Positions 25,301-37,064 are shown, numbered from the stretch's first letter. The stretch is DNA of 64,000 nucleotides from Azolla caroliniana (GCA_043228905.1 JBHGNT010000008.1:21266001-21330000); one strand, 5' to 3'. A program made the numbers and translations. The notes: generated by a model not told the origin, from the letters alone.

Positions 25301-26148
25301 GCCATGGTAAAGGTGAACATGATGGTGCAGGGGCTGTTATAAAGCGGGCACTTACCCATGAACAACTAAAGACAGATGGTGTGCACATGAATTGTGCATC
25401 ACATGTAGTTGAATTTTTAAGAACAAATATGTCGACGAGTGCCACAGGTGTTTATTCCTCGCAAGTTCGAGATATCAAACGTGAATTTTGGGAAGTGAAG
25501 ATAGATGAAGTAAATAGGGAGAAGACCTGGGAGTGCCAAGGAATTCCCGAATTGCGATCTCTGCATGCTGTTCGCGGTTATTCCAGGTTGGATGGTCATT
25601 GTATTGCGGTTAGAGAATTGACTTGTTTTTGCTTCCATTGTGTGCAGGGAAATTGGAGATATTGTCTAAACAAAGCATACATTCAGAATTGGGAGTATCA
25701 CACTCTGAATGATAAGGAAGCAGTTGATGGAGAAACAGGGCAGAATGCTGACTTCACATATGAGGGACTTGGAGATACTTTGAGTGATGTCCTGAACGTT
25801 GGGGATAACTTCGCTGTAAATGCTGAAGAAGGCAATTCAGAGGGTGCTGATTTCTATATATTAAAGTGCACGGTTAGTAAACAGTGTGCAAGGCAGAATA
25901 TTGTAGATGCATGGGGAAATTTTGTATCTGCCGGGACATTCTACATCGAAGGCATTTTTTATGCAAAACTAGATGACTACGAATATGTGTACAGGCTGTT
26001 AGAAGACAAACCAGCGGCGTATATGTACTCTCATTTGGTCAGATGCATCAACGTCCCAATGTCAGAATACAATAGCTGCTCCGGTTTATACACTGTTGGT
26101 GCTAATGTGTATGAATGTATTTACAATAGTATGCCATGGAATTTGTAG
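22361..26148 (+). CDS. Sola2-like DDD transposase, two exons (22361-23110 + 24307-26148, ~863 aa)
   Basis: Donor CCTCAG|GTATTT and acceptor ACGTAG|GTCGAT join in frame (..LLDVPQ-VDLFIRFKRMHP..); HTH-like ISELSKVIGVSRKTVY; TCCCIYH and Cys clusters; catalytic-type VVDFAENY, WSDGAASQFK, GHGKGEHDGAG; same splice sites in the second copy. Confidence 0.88.
23160..24290. repeat. Intronic array of the palindrome TAGCTAATTAGCTA
   Basis: Dozens of copies at ~20-bp spacing separated by short linkers (CCATGA, CTAGGA, CTAGAC). Confidence 0.97.
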
Positions 26149-26583
26149 CTACAAGTAGCACTTACCATGTTCTCTTGTAAAACAAACATGTATTTCGCGA
26201 AAACAGATCAATAAATTCGTTTGGAATCAATTTCTTGTATACAGTCTGCTTTCTGTGCTTCTTTCTCAATAAAATCATGTCTTTTTTGTTAAGTTTTAAG
26301 TTATAAGTTATAGAGAAATAGTCATCAGTAGCTAATTAGCTGTACAAATGTATTTACAATAGTATGCCATGGAATTTGTAGCTACAAGTAGCACTTACCA
26401 TGTTCTCTTGTAAAACAAACATGTATTTCGCGAAAACAGATCAATAAATTCGTTTGGAATCAATTTCTTATATACAGTCTGCTTTCTGTGCTTCTTTCTC
26501 AATAAAATCATGTCTTTTTTGTTAAGTTTTAAGTTATAAGTTATAGCGAAATAGTCATCAGTAGCTAATTAGCTGTACAAATG
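26114..26583 (+). repeat. Near-perfect 233-bp tandem duplication of transposase stop and 3' UTR
   Basis: AATGTATTTACAATAGTATGCCATGGAATTTGTAG.. at 26114 and 26347. Confidence 0.95.
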
Positions 26584-26728
26584 CAGCTAATTAGCTGTCA
26601 ATAGCTAAATAGTCATCAATAGAATGAAATCAACAATCTGCAACATATTCCTCAAATTACACAGTAGATAAGTACAGTGGGAACAAGTAATTAAATTCTT
26701 CATTGAATAATGTCATCTCTTTACATAT

Positions 26729-27862
26729 TTATAAATTACCATTGGAAATGTCTACAAATCTCCTATAAACAGCTAAGCTCTTGCTAGTCAGTGGAACGAG
26801 TCTACATATATTATCCGCATATTGAGCTCGGTATGGAGTCCACAACCATGCACCTAGTTGGCAGCTCACTGTTTGCACCAGGTACTGTTCAGGCATTTCC
26901 TCGGGTAGAATGAGACAGCATCTCCGAATATTGAAGTAGTGTCGGAAATGTTCTGTATCCAAAATCAATGTATTGTCAGCATTATATTCAGGCCAAGTAG
27001 CCCAAAAATCAGAAAGTCTCTTGAATCTTGCAGCTTCCATCTGCTCACAATTTTCTCGTGCCCATTGACCTTTAAAACGACTTCGCCATTTTGGGAAGAA
27101 TCTTGCCAAACACTTCCACACATCTGATTTTGGTTTTTCACTCCAAATAAACAAATCAAAGTACTCCACAGCCCACTCTAGAAACTGATTTGCGTCCCTC
27201 CTTGGCTGCATATATCTCACACTCATCAAGACTTTATCCAGCTCCAAGATCAAGGCTCTTCTTTCGACTTCTAGTGGTTTAGGTTTCCATTCCTGAAACT
27301 GAGCCGCTGTTACACCATTTTCTGGTAGGATACGATCAATCTCAATCAGCTCAGGTTCGGCTGACACAACTGGTGTCCTTTTCCTCTTTAAACCCCTAGT
27401 CGACTGTGTTGGGCCTAGCTTCACATTCTGGTGCTCTTGTTTTGTCGACTTAGTTATCAATCCTTGGATTACCTCAGTGCATGTAGCTACTGTTCTGCTC
27501 GATATCAGTCCACTGGTATCACATGATGCATCTACCTGCAACACCAAGTCATCCGTGCTACATGCTGCATCTACCTGCAACACCAAGTCATCTGTGCTAC
27601 ATGCTGCATCTACCTGCAACACCAAGTCATCCGTGCTACATGCTTGATCAACTTGTGTGACCAGATCACTTGTGTCAGTTGCTACATCTACTTTCAAGAT
27701 GGGGCCCTTTAAACATGCCGCAACATCAACAGTATCCACACTGCCATTGGCCTTACGAGCAATAGAATCAAACCCTTTAGACTCTGCAACATCAGAAAAC
27801 ACCAACATATTCACACTCACAAAGTAACTAATAGTCTCACAAAACAATATCCTGAACATCAA
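26729..27862 (-). CDS. Cargo gene: FCP1/SCP (NIF)-type HAD-fold protein with degenerate catalytic motif; probably spliced upstream (acceptor near 27783)
   Basis: RRALILELDKVLM (cf. LDLDETLV), QFLEWAVEYFDLFIWS, FKRLSDFW..EYNADNTLILD; N-terminal 13-aa repeat CSTDDLVLQVDAA x3; basic LKRKR. Confidence 0.65.
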   Translation of the reverse strand: MMFRILFCETISYFVSVNMLVFSDVAESKGFDSIARKANGSVDTVDVAACLKGPILKVDVATDTSDLVTQVDQACSTDDLVLQVDAACSTDDLVLQVDAACSTDDLVLQVDASCDTSGLISSRTVATCTEVIQGLITKSTKQEHQNVKLGPTQSTRGLKRKRTPVVSAEPELIEIDRILPENGVTAAQFQEWKPKPLEVERRALILELDKVLMSVRYMQPRRDANQFLEWAVEYFDLFIWSEKPKSDVWKCLARFFPKWRSRFKGQWARENCEQMEAARFKRLSDFWATWPEYNADNTLILDTEHFRHYFNIRRCCLILPEEMPEQYLVQTVSCQLGAWLWTPYRAQYADNICRLVPLTSKSLAVYRRFVDISNGNL

Positions 27863-28032
27863 AGAGTTTCAGTCATAGAACAACACTCTTCAAATTATCT
27901 TGGAAAAACATCATAGAGTTCCATTACATAATGTGGATCAAGCAACAACCAATCTGAGGTTTTACTTGTCCAACAGGATAGTAAAACTTCATAAAACCCT
28001 AGCAAAATCCCTAAGCTAACAATCATATCCAA

Positions 28033-28539
28033 CTAAACAGTATTTCGCTCCACTACGTCTGGGCCCCTTGACCGAGTAACTGGTCTTGTTCCCGATCGTG
28101 GCCCCTTCTTCAGCCTTTTTCTGGTTGGTTCCCCATTTAGCCTTGCTTCTAGGACCCAATGCGCAAGTGTGTCCTCCTCCGACAACCTTCCCATCGCCTC
28201 AGCAGCTAATTGCACATCAGTCGTTTCTTGAACTAGCTTTTCAAGTACAGAGGGATCTGTTTGGACATTTTCAGTAGTTGGGCTCGGTGGGGTGGAATCA
28301 AGGTCTTGAGACTCGAAGAAATGTTGCATCAAGTGTTCATAAACACTGTTGTTGTGAACCTCAGTTTTACATGTTGTTTCCACTATTTCATGGCATTTCA
28401 CATCGTTGCCTAATTCAGTACACTGTTCCAAAAGAATAGGGTGCAGCTGATCTGAAGGAGATGTGATAGCAGGACTCTTACTTTCAGCCACATTGGCAGT
28501 AGTATCCTCATCTGTTGCAGCATCATCAGCACCAGACAC
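28033..28539 (-). CDS. Element-borne 168-aa acidic/basic ORF, possibly an upstream exon of the HAD-like gene
   Basis: Conserved in the older copy (20298-20779); NLS-like RKRLKKGPR; no recognised domain. Confidence 0.5.
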   Translation of the reverse strand: MSGADDAATDEDTTANVAESKSPAITSPSDQLHPILLEQCTELGNDVKCHEIVETTCKTEVHNNSVYEHLMQHFFESQDLDSTPPSPTTENVQTDPSVLEKLVQETTDVQLAAEAMGRLSEEDTLAHWVLEARLNGEPTRKRLKKGPRSGTRPVTRSRGPDVVERNTV

Positions 28540-28591
28540 ATCATGTGCCGTCCTTAATCCACAGGATTCTACAATAACATGACAGTTATTT

Positions 28592-30358
28592 AGGATAGCT
28601 AATTAGCTACTTTACTAAACTATGGTAGAAGCTAGGATAGCTAATTAGCTAGTACGATAGCTAATTAGCTAGTATGATAGCTAATTAGGTACTTTACTCA
28701 ACTATGGTAGTAGTTAGGATAGCTTATTAGCTACTAGGACAGCTAATTAGCTGCCAGTAGCTAATTAGCTACTAGGATAGCTAATTAGCTGCCAGTAGCT
28801 AATTAGCTACTAGGATAGCTAATTAGCTGCCAGTAGCTAATTAGCTACTAGGATAGCTTATTAGCTACTTTACACAACTATGGCAGTAGCTACTAGGATA
28901 GCTAATTCGCTAGGATAGCTAATTCGCTAGTAGGATAGCTAATTAGTTGCCAACAGCTAATTAGCTAGTAGGATAGCTAATTAGCTACTAGGATAGCTAA
29001 TTAGTTGCCAGTAGCTAATTAGCTAGTAGGATAGCTAATTAGGTACTTTACTCAACTATGGTAGTAGCTAATTAGCTAGTAGGATAGCTAATTAGGTACT
29101 TTACTCAACTATGGTAGTAGCTAATTAGCTAGTAGGATAGCTAATTAGCTACTAGGATAGCTAATTAGCTGCTAGTAGCTAATTAGCTACTAGGATAGCT
29201 TATTAGCTACTTTACACAACTATGGCAGTAGCTAATTAGTTACTAGGATAGCTAATTAGTTGCCAGTGGCTAATTAGCTAGTAGGATACCTAATTAGCTT
29301 TTTTACACAACTATAGTACTAGCTAATTAGCTAGTACCATAGCTAATTAGCTACTAGGATAGCTAATTAGCTAGTAGGATAGCTTATTAGCTACTTTACA
29401 CAACTATAGTAGTAGCTAGGATAGCTAATTAGCTACTATGGTAGCTAATTAGCTACTTTACTCAACTATGGTAGTAGCTAGGATAGCTAATTAGCTACTT
29501 TACTAACTATGGTAGTAGCTAGGATAGCTAATTAGCTACTTTACTAACTATGGTGGTAGCTAGGATAGCTAATTAGCTACAATGAAAGCTAATTAGCTAC
29601 TTTCTCAACTATGTAGTAGCTAGGATAGCTTATTAGCTACTAGGACAGCTAATTAGCTGCCAGTAGCTAATTAGCTACTAGGATAGCTAATTAGCTGCCA
29701 GTAGCTAATTAGCTACTAGGATAGCTTATTAGCTACTTTACACAACTATGTCAGTAGCTAATTAGCTACTATGATAGCTAATTAGCTAGTAGGATAGCTA
29801 ATTAGCTAGTAGGATAGCTAATTAGTTGCCAGTAGCTAATTAGCTAGTAGGATAGCTAATTAGCTATTTTACACAACTATGCTACTAGCTAATTAGCTAG
29901 TACCATAGCTAACTAGCTACTAGGATAGCTTATTAGCTACTTTACACAACTATGTCAGTAGCTAATTAGCTACTATGATAGCTAATTAGCTAGTAGGATA
30001 GCTAATTAGTTGCCAGTAGCTAATTAGCTAGTAGGATAGCTAATTAGCTATTTTACACAACTATGGTACTAGCTAATTAGCTAGTACCATAGCTAACTAG
30101 CTACTAGGATAGCTTATTAGCTACTTTACACAACTATGGCAGTAGCTAATTAGTTACTAGGATAGCTAATTAGTTGCCAGTGGCTAATTAGCTAGTAGGA
30201 TAGCTATTTAGCTTTTTTACACAACTATGGTACTAGCTAATTAGCTAGTACCATAGCTAATTAGCTACTAGGATAGCTAATTAGCTAGTAGCTCATTAGC
30301 TGCCAGTAGCTAATTAGCTAGTAGGATAGCTAATTAGAAAAGACTAAGCTTATTAGCT
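28592..30358. repeat. ~1.8-kb array of TAGCTAATTAGCTA palindromes with higher-order repeats
   Basis: Direct reading; linkers CTAGGA, GCCAG, CTTTACACAACTATGG. Confidence 0.97.
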
Positions 30359-32039
30359 ACAGTATGGTATACCTGTTTGTTTTCTCCACTCATTTGGTAG
30401 AGTTGTACTGCAATCTCCCAAACAGAATGCAGCAATTCGACAGGCATGTTGAAAACAAAGCAGATGGTATGTGTGGTTGCATGGTTGTAGGTGAACCAAC
30501 AAAGACGCAGTTTTGTCCTCCACACCTAACCCGCAAGCGATGCAACGTGCTTGAACTGTCAATAAATCATTTTCTGGTTCTACTTCATTTGGTAAGGGAG
30601 CAAGAATGTTCAGGTCCAAATCCTGTTTGGTCCTTACCATTCCCTCCACAAAATGTAGCTTCTTCTTAAGGCAGCTAACTACCTGTTCTTGATGAATGTA
30701 TTGTTCCTTCAACGCAACAGAGAAATTTACCGATTAATTATTCTTGTTGTTGAAAGATACACCAACTTTGCTCAGGAATCGTTAACTTACTTGAAGCTTA
30801 TCCAAATTGTAATCTGCAACAGTATTTACACCTAGAAGGTCCAGGTTCATTGAAAGAACCTGGATCTCTATTTGCAGTTCTATTTTACGCTGGGGATCCA
30901 GTGGCCCCTCTAATTCAAGCTCCTGTTGCGCAACCTATTCAAGATAATGCTTGATTAGCACATTTTACCCGTTATTTATAACACAATCACATACCAGCAA
31001 AACAATAGTTACCTGAATCTTATTTCTAATTGTTGTAACAGCAGAAGTAACTTTGCTCTCCATTGCAGAAGCCATTGTGGCTTTCTCTAAATCAGTCTTA
31101 AAAAATGCCAATGTCTCACAGGCTTCATGGACATTTTTTAGCATATAGCTAACCAATGTCTCACCTGTATCATCGACATTGGCTTTCCTTGGGTGTCGGT
31201 GTGGTGTATGCCCCCGGTCTTGCTGGGAGTCGGCAGTTGCATCAACAGCTGCCATGCTCCAAAATCTGTCTATTTTTTGTGCCAAGGTCCCCATCTTTCG
31301 ACATCTTTTTACCGATGCCTCACCATAGACTGCCCAAGCTACCCTATACATTTCAGGGTCTCTAGATTCCTTCGCTGTTTTGCAGTACTCATATGCAAAT
31401 GCTCTAGCAAATGAAACTGACAACTCATTGTTGACTGGGATCTCCTGATGAACTTTCTGGTGCAGTCTCATGCAGTCATCGTACAAGTCGGCTCGTACAT
31501 GCTTCAGCTTGACCTTGCCTTTGACTCTAGGCACTGTATATACTGTCATCCAGTCTATATCACTGATCAATTTATCACTTAGGACAGCAGGGTCAACACC
31601 CTCGAGTGACAGACCATAGGTGTTGTGGAAGTCCTCCTTTGTCTCGCAAAATTTTGCGAAGTTTAGCACTCTCGTATACGGAGGAACGAGCCATCTGAAA
31701 TATCATTACAAAAATAAGAAATAGTGCAAAATCAGAATATGTGAGAATCAAAAACCCCAATCAACAACAACAAAAATGGTGCAAAATCTTTAACTTAGCA
31801 AATCAGAAACCCTAATCATAATTTGTAATCAAATTTCTAATTTGTAATCAAAATTTGTAACCAGAAACCCTATTCAGAAATTCTAATCAGAAATTTATAA
31901 TCAAAAACCCTAATCAGAAATTTCAATCACAAACCCTAATCAGAAATTTCAATCACAAACCCTAATCACTAAAGACAGGATTAAACACAAAAAAAGTAAT
32001 ATAAACACACCTGTTGCTACTCCCCGATTTGTGAGACAT
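30353..32039 (-). CDS. Cargo gene: spliced protein with C-terminal RING-H2-like finger
   Basis: Predicted exons 32039-32011 (ATG..AACAG|GTGTG) and 31694-31013 (TTTCAG|ATGG ... ATTCAG|GTAACT) give MSHKSGSSNRWLVPPYTRVLNF..; distal ORF 30353-30712 has CIAC..LQPCNHTYHLLC..CLGDC; middle exons unresolved. Confidence 0.6.
31800..31970. repeat. Cluster of telo-box-like AAACCCTAA motifs in ~27-bp repeats, inside the predicted intron
   Basis: AAACCCTAATC at ~31807, 31905, 31931, 31957; AAACCCTATTC at ~31865. Confidence 0.7.
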
Positions 32040-32493
32040 CCTTGTATGGGACTCCAAGGACTTCGCCCTATTCGATTTTGGGGAAATATGAATCGGCACC
32101 AAAGTTCAAACAGTAGTCAAGAAGAAAAAACAAATGTTTGGGGTTTCTGTAACTGAAACATACTTGGACGATGATCGAGCGGGTTCTGTGTTGTAGCTCT
32201 CAATCTGCAATGTCGATTTTTTGCTGTTGCGGGAGCTACGTCTGCGTTCGTGCTCTGAGTACTCCATCTGCGTTCAAAATCAGACTTAGGCTAAACAGGA
32301 AATTGATGACATTGAAGTCGACCTTAGATGATGGTGATATTCCCCAAGTTCCACTACGTCTGAAACAGAAGTTCAAATATTTGAGTTTTTTCATAAATTA
32401 GTTTTTCAAATATTTGATTTTCCCACAAGAAAGACTAGCTAAACAAATAGCTAATTAGCTATGGCCATTTTAGTAGCTAATTAGCTATAATAG

Positions 32494-32518
32494 TGTTTCC
32501 ACTCGCATGCTTTTACCC
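32494..32518 (-). repeat. Right TIR (25 bp)
   Basis: Reverse complement GGGTAAAAGCATGCGAGTGGAAACA. Confidence 0.92.
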
Positions 32519-32559
32519 AGAAGCCATTTGGTTGGAGAATCTTGGAACTTTATAGCCCA

Positions 32560-33130
32560 TTAGTGGTTCCATTCCTTCTAAGAAAATTAGCAATGTGTTG
32601 TTAGCTGAAGTTGAAGTTCGAACTACAAGTAACCATGTAGTTTATGTTCCAACACTCCTAAATACCGGGGCTAATTCTTGCTTCATGGATAAAGATTTTG
32701 CTCAAATTCATCACGTATCTCGAAGAAAACTTGCATGCCCAATGTTTGTTGTACTAATTGATGATCACCCCATTGCTTTTAGAGAATATCATAGAAGTGT
32801 CAGAGCCACTTCATGTTGTATTAGATAATTTGGCAAGTGTTATATCTTTTAATATAATTAGCCACCTTGAATATTCAATTGTCCTGGTGTTGTAGTAGTT
32901 CAAATTACATAACCCCAAAATCGACTTGAGAAAGAGAGAAATCAAGTATCGCCAGCAATACAATATGAAACCTCAAGCAATTACTCATAAGATTTCAAAT
33001 ATTTCACTACATCAATTATGTAAGGAAGGACAAAAGCAAGAAATGTTTGTATTTGTCGTATCAATGAAGCCTTCCAATATTGATGAGGAAAAATCAACAA
33101 TTCAACTTTTGACGAAGTATCAAGATTATG
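32560..33130 (+). pseudogene. Gypsy-type aspartic protease fragment
   Basis: PTLLNTGANSCFMDKDFAQ (decayed LLDTGA), later HNPKID. Confidence 0.6.
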
Positions 33131-33565
33131 CTGCTTAGCTGTTTATAGGCGATTTGAAGACATTGGCAATGGGATGTTATAAATATGTAATTTGATGACA
33201 AATTAATAAATGAAGAATTAAATTGCTTGTTTTGAGTAACTTATCTACTGTGTAATTTTAAGAGTATGTTCAGGATTGTTGATTTCATGATAATGCTTTT
33301 TCTTATAATTATGCAAACTAATTTAACTTGTACATGGTTCACTTGAGTAAATCTGTATCTCAGAAAGAAGAACCCTAAACGATATTATTAAACTGTATAT
33401 CAGAAAGAAGACTATTAATAAAAAAGACACATGATTTTATTGAGAAAGAAGCACAAAAAGTAAACTGTATATAAAAAAAACTCCCAAAAAGGTCCATTAA
33501 ACTGTTTATTTGCAATACATGTGCTTTGTTTGTTTTACAAGAAAACTGGTAATTGCTACTTGTAG

Positions 33566-36500
33566 CTACAAATTCCATGGCATACTGTTGTAAATACATT
33601 CATACACATTAGCACTAACTGTGTATAAACCTAAGTAGCTATTGTATTGCGGCATTGGGACATTGATGCACCTGACCAAATGTGAGTACATGTATGCCAC
33701 TAGTTTGTCTTCTAATAGCCTATACACATAATCATAATCCTCTAGTCTTGCATAAAAAATACCTTCGATGTAGAATGTCCCGGTAGATACAACATGTCCC
33801 CGAGCATCTAATATATTCTGTGTTGCACACTGTTTACTAACCGTGCACTTCAATATATAGAAATCAACACCCTCTAAATTGCCTTCTTCTGCATTCACAG
33901 CGAAATTATAGACATCACTCAGAGTATCTCCACGTCCTTGATATGTGAAGTCATAATTCTTTTCTGTTTCTCCATCAACTGCTTCCTTATCGTTCAATGT
34001 ATGATACTCCCAATTCTAAATATGTGCTTTGTTTAAGCAATACCTCCAATTTCCCTACACACAATGGATGCAAAAACAAATTAATTCTCTAACCGCAATA
34101 CAATGAGCATCCAACCTAGAATAACCACGAACAACATGGAGAGATCGCAATTCGGGAATTCCTTAGCACTCCTAGGTCTTCTCCCTATTTACTTAATCTA
34201 TCTTCACTTCCCAAAATTCACGTTTGATATCTTGGACACGAGGAATAAACACCAGTTGTACTCGTTGACATATTAGCTCTTAAAAATTCAACTACATGTG
34301 TTGCACAATTCCTCTACACACCATATGCCTTTAGTTCTTCATGGGTAAGTGCCCGCTTTATAACAACACCTGCACCATCATGTTCATGTTCACCTTTACC
34401 ATGGCCAAACCCAAAAAAATTCCATCTCATCTCCAAACCTGTTATAGCAGGATACCTCCCCACAAAATAAAATGGACGTCTAGCCTTGAATTGTGACGTA
34501 ACTCCATCAGACCAGACCCAATGTTGAGTAAGCTCCAAACGTTTAGCTAATAGCCATTGCCAATGTAAGTTAAAACAATGTTGGACAAACAAGGTATCAT
34601 GCTTCTTATCATCAGAAATAAAAAAATGAATTACTTATTTAACATCACCTGAAACTCGAAAATATGTTATGTGCACAATGGTTACCTGCGCTGAATACCA
34701 ATGCATAGATTGAATTTCATTCTGTTTCTTGAAAGTATAATTTTCTGCGAAATCTATTAGTGAGACTACTACATCATTTGGAAAATCAGATTTGCAAGTC
34801 TTAAACTGATGCGCTTGCCATGAATAAATGAAGTTGTGTTTAATGAACTTTCCTAGAGATACTACAATTAGAGACGCCAAATCCCTTGGTTTAAGCAACT
34901 TCCTAACTAAATCCTTTCTCTTACACACCTTTCCTTCGAAATTGGTGTCAACTGACTCAAATAACTTGAAAGAGATTAATATTTCACTACTCAATTCATT
35001 TGGACACCACCTAATTCTACTAGGGCCACAATCTTCACATAAACCTATGACACATTTATGACTGTGGAATATGGCCTCAGTTTCTCTCGGACACAATACT
35101 GAATCTAAAAGAAAACTCATCGAAGAAATAACATGTTCAGATTATTTACAGTGCTCATGCGGGCTCGATCGACAAATTGGGCACTCACAAGTGTAAACTG
35201 CATTAGTTAGGGAGGTGCTATGGTGATGTAGTAGATTAACAGAGTCCTTGAGAAAACCCATTTGTACATGGTAAATGCAACAACATGTGCATCGATCCTT
35301 CAAGCATCTCACAAAGTGTGGCTTAAGAAACTCGAATGTTCGTAGTTGAACTTTGATATTTGGATGCATTCGCCTAAACCTAATAAATAAATCGACCTGT
35401 GTAATAAAATGGACATACTGATTAGCTCTATGGCTAAGTGGGTAGCTAATTAGCTACTACCATAGTTTAGTACAGTAGCTAATTAGCTAAGTGGTAGCTA
35501 ATTGGCTACTTAGCTAATTAGCTACTACCATACTTCAGTTGAGTAGCTAATTAGCTAATATAATAGCTAATTAGCTAAATGGTAGCTAATTATCTACTAC
35601 CATAGTTTAGTACAATAGCTAATTAGCTAAGTGGTAGCTAATTAGCTACTACCATAGTTTAGTACAGTAGCTAATTAGTTAAGTGGTAGCTAATTAGCTA
35701 CTACCATACGTTAGTTATAGTGGCTAATTAGCTCGCACCATACTTTAGCTGAGTCTCTAATTAGCTAATTGGTAGCTAATTAGCTACTACCATACTTTAG
35801 CTGAGTCTCTAATTAGCTAATTGGTAGCTAATTAGCTACTACCATACTTTAGCTGAGTAGCTAATTAGCTACTACCATAGTTTAGTACAGTAGTTAATTA
35901 GCTAAGTGGTAGCTAATTAGCTACTACCATACTTTAGCTGAGTAGCTAATTAGCTAAGTGGTAGCTAATTAGCTACTACCATAGTTTAATACAATAGCTA
36001 ATTAGCTAAATGGTAGCTAATTAGCTACTACCATAGTTTAGTACAATAGCTATTCTAGTAGGGGATTAGCAATTCTAGTAGCTAATTAGCTATTCTGGTA
36101 GCTAAATAGCTATGTCCGATATTCTTAGGGAGCTAATCAGCTATTCTAGTAGCTAATTAGCTATTACCAGTAGCTAGTTAGCTATGGTCATATTTTGAGG
36201 TAGGTAATTAGTTATTCGGGTATGGTCATATTCAAAGGTAGCTAATAAGCTAACTAACTAAGCTCAAAATTCAAAACAAATGTTGAGATAAATGTAATTA
36301 CCTGAGGTACATCAAGAAGATGAATGGGATGCTCCTCGTATTGACTCCTTCCAACACGTGTCCTACATAAATCCTTCTTATTGGGTGAAACCCTACTCTC
36401 ATTAGTCCAAAATATTGTGATTATATCCTTGATTTCTGATGTTATGGGTGTCATTGGCTTACATCTTGTTGTTAGCTTTAGCAAACTAGTTCCTTCACCC

Positions 36501-37064
36501 GAGGAAACTATCTGGTTCAATGTATTGTACACACTTTTTCAACTAACACCATTTACCTTAGATAGCACATTGATGTTAATATTGTCAACATCACTATTAA
36601 GTAACATCATTAGACTAGACCATTTTAAGACAAGATCATCTTCTAACCTGCTCATGGATACAAAACTATTACAGAGATTATTTACTACTACAGATGTTAT
36701 GTTTGCATTAAGACCATCACAATCAACTAATTCCTTTATCGATGGATCATTTAATATTCCATAAAGTACTACCTTCTTGTCTTCATTGCTGATGTGCTTG
36801 GTTTGAACATTGAAATGGTCTACAACCTTTCTCCCTATGATAGTAGTCTCATTACTTCCATTCTCGGTGATATTTAGACCTATATCACAACCAATACTAT
36901 CTTTACCTTTAGTGAGTGTGGCTTTTGTATCCTTCAACAATTGACGATGTTTTCTTCTTTTTTTCTGCCCAATACTCTCGTATCACTTGTTGTGTCCTAA
37001 TAGCGTCATCCCTATCCTGATGATCATTGAGGGGTAATTCTATATACTCTCCTTCGCCTTCCAT
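33566..37064 (-). pseudogene. Sola2-like transposase pseudogene (copy 2)
   Basis: ORF fragments 36539-36940, 36254-36532, 35142-35369, 34635-35120, 34314-34592, 33566-33997 colinear with the intact copy; stops and frameshifts. Confidence 0.92.
35420..36262. repeat. Intronic TAGCTAATTAGCTA palindrome array of copy 2
   Basis: Same core, different linkers (CTACCATAGTTTAGTACAG, AAGTGG). Confidence 0.95.

Larger units (their letters stand above)
21019..32518 (+). mobile_element. Complete ~11.5-kb Sola-superfamily (Sola2-like) DNA transposon with cargo genes
   Basis: TIRs GGGTGAAAGCATGCGAGTGGAAACA (21019-21043) and TGTTTCCACTCGCATGCTTTTACCC (32494-32518), 24/25 match; identical 4-bp flanks AGAA (21015-21018, 32519-32522); internal uninterrupted DDD transposase. 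Confidence 0.9.
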
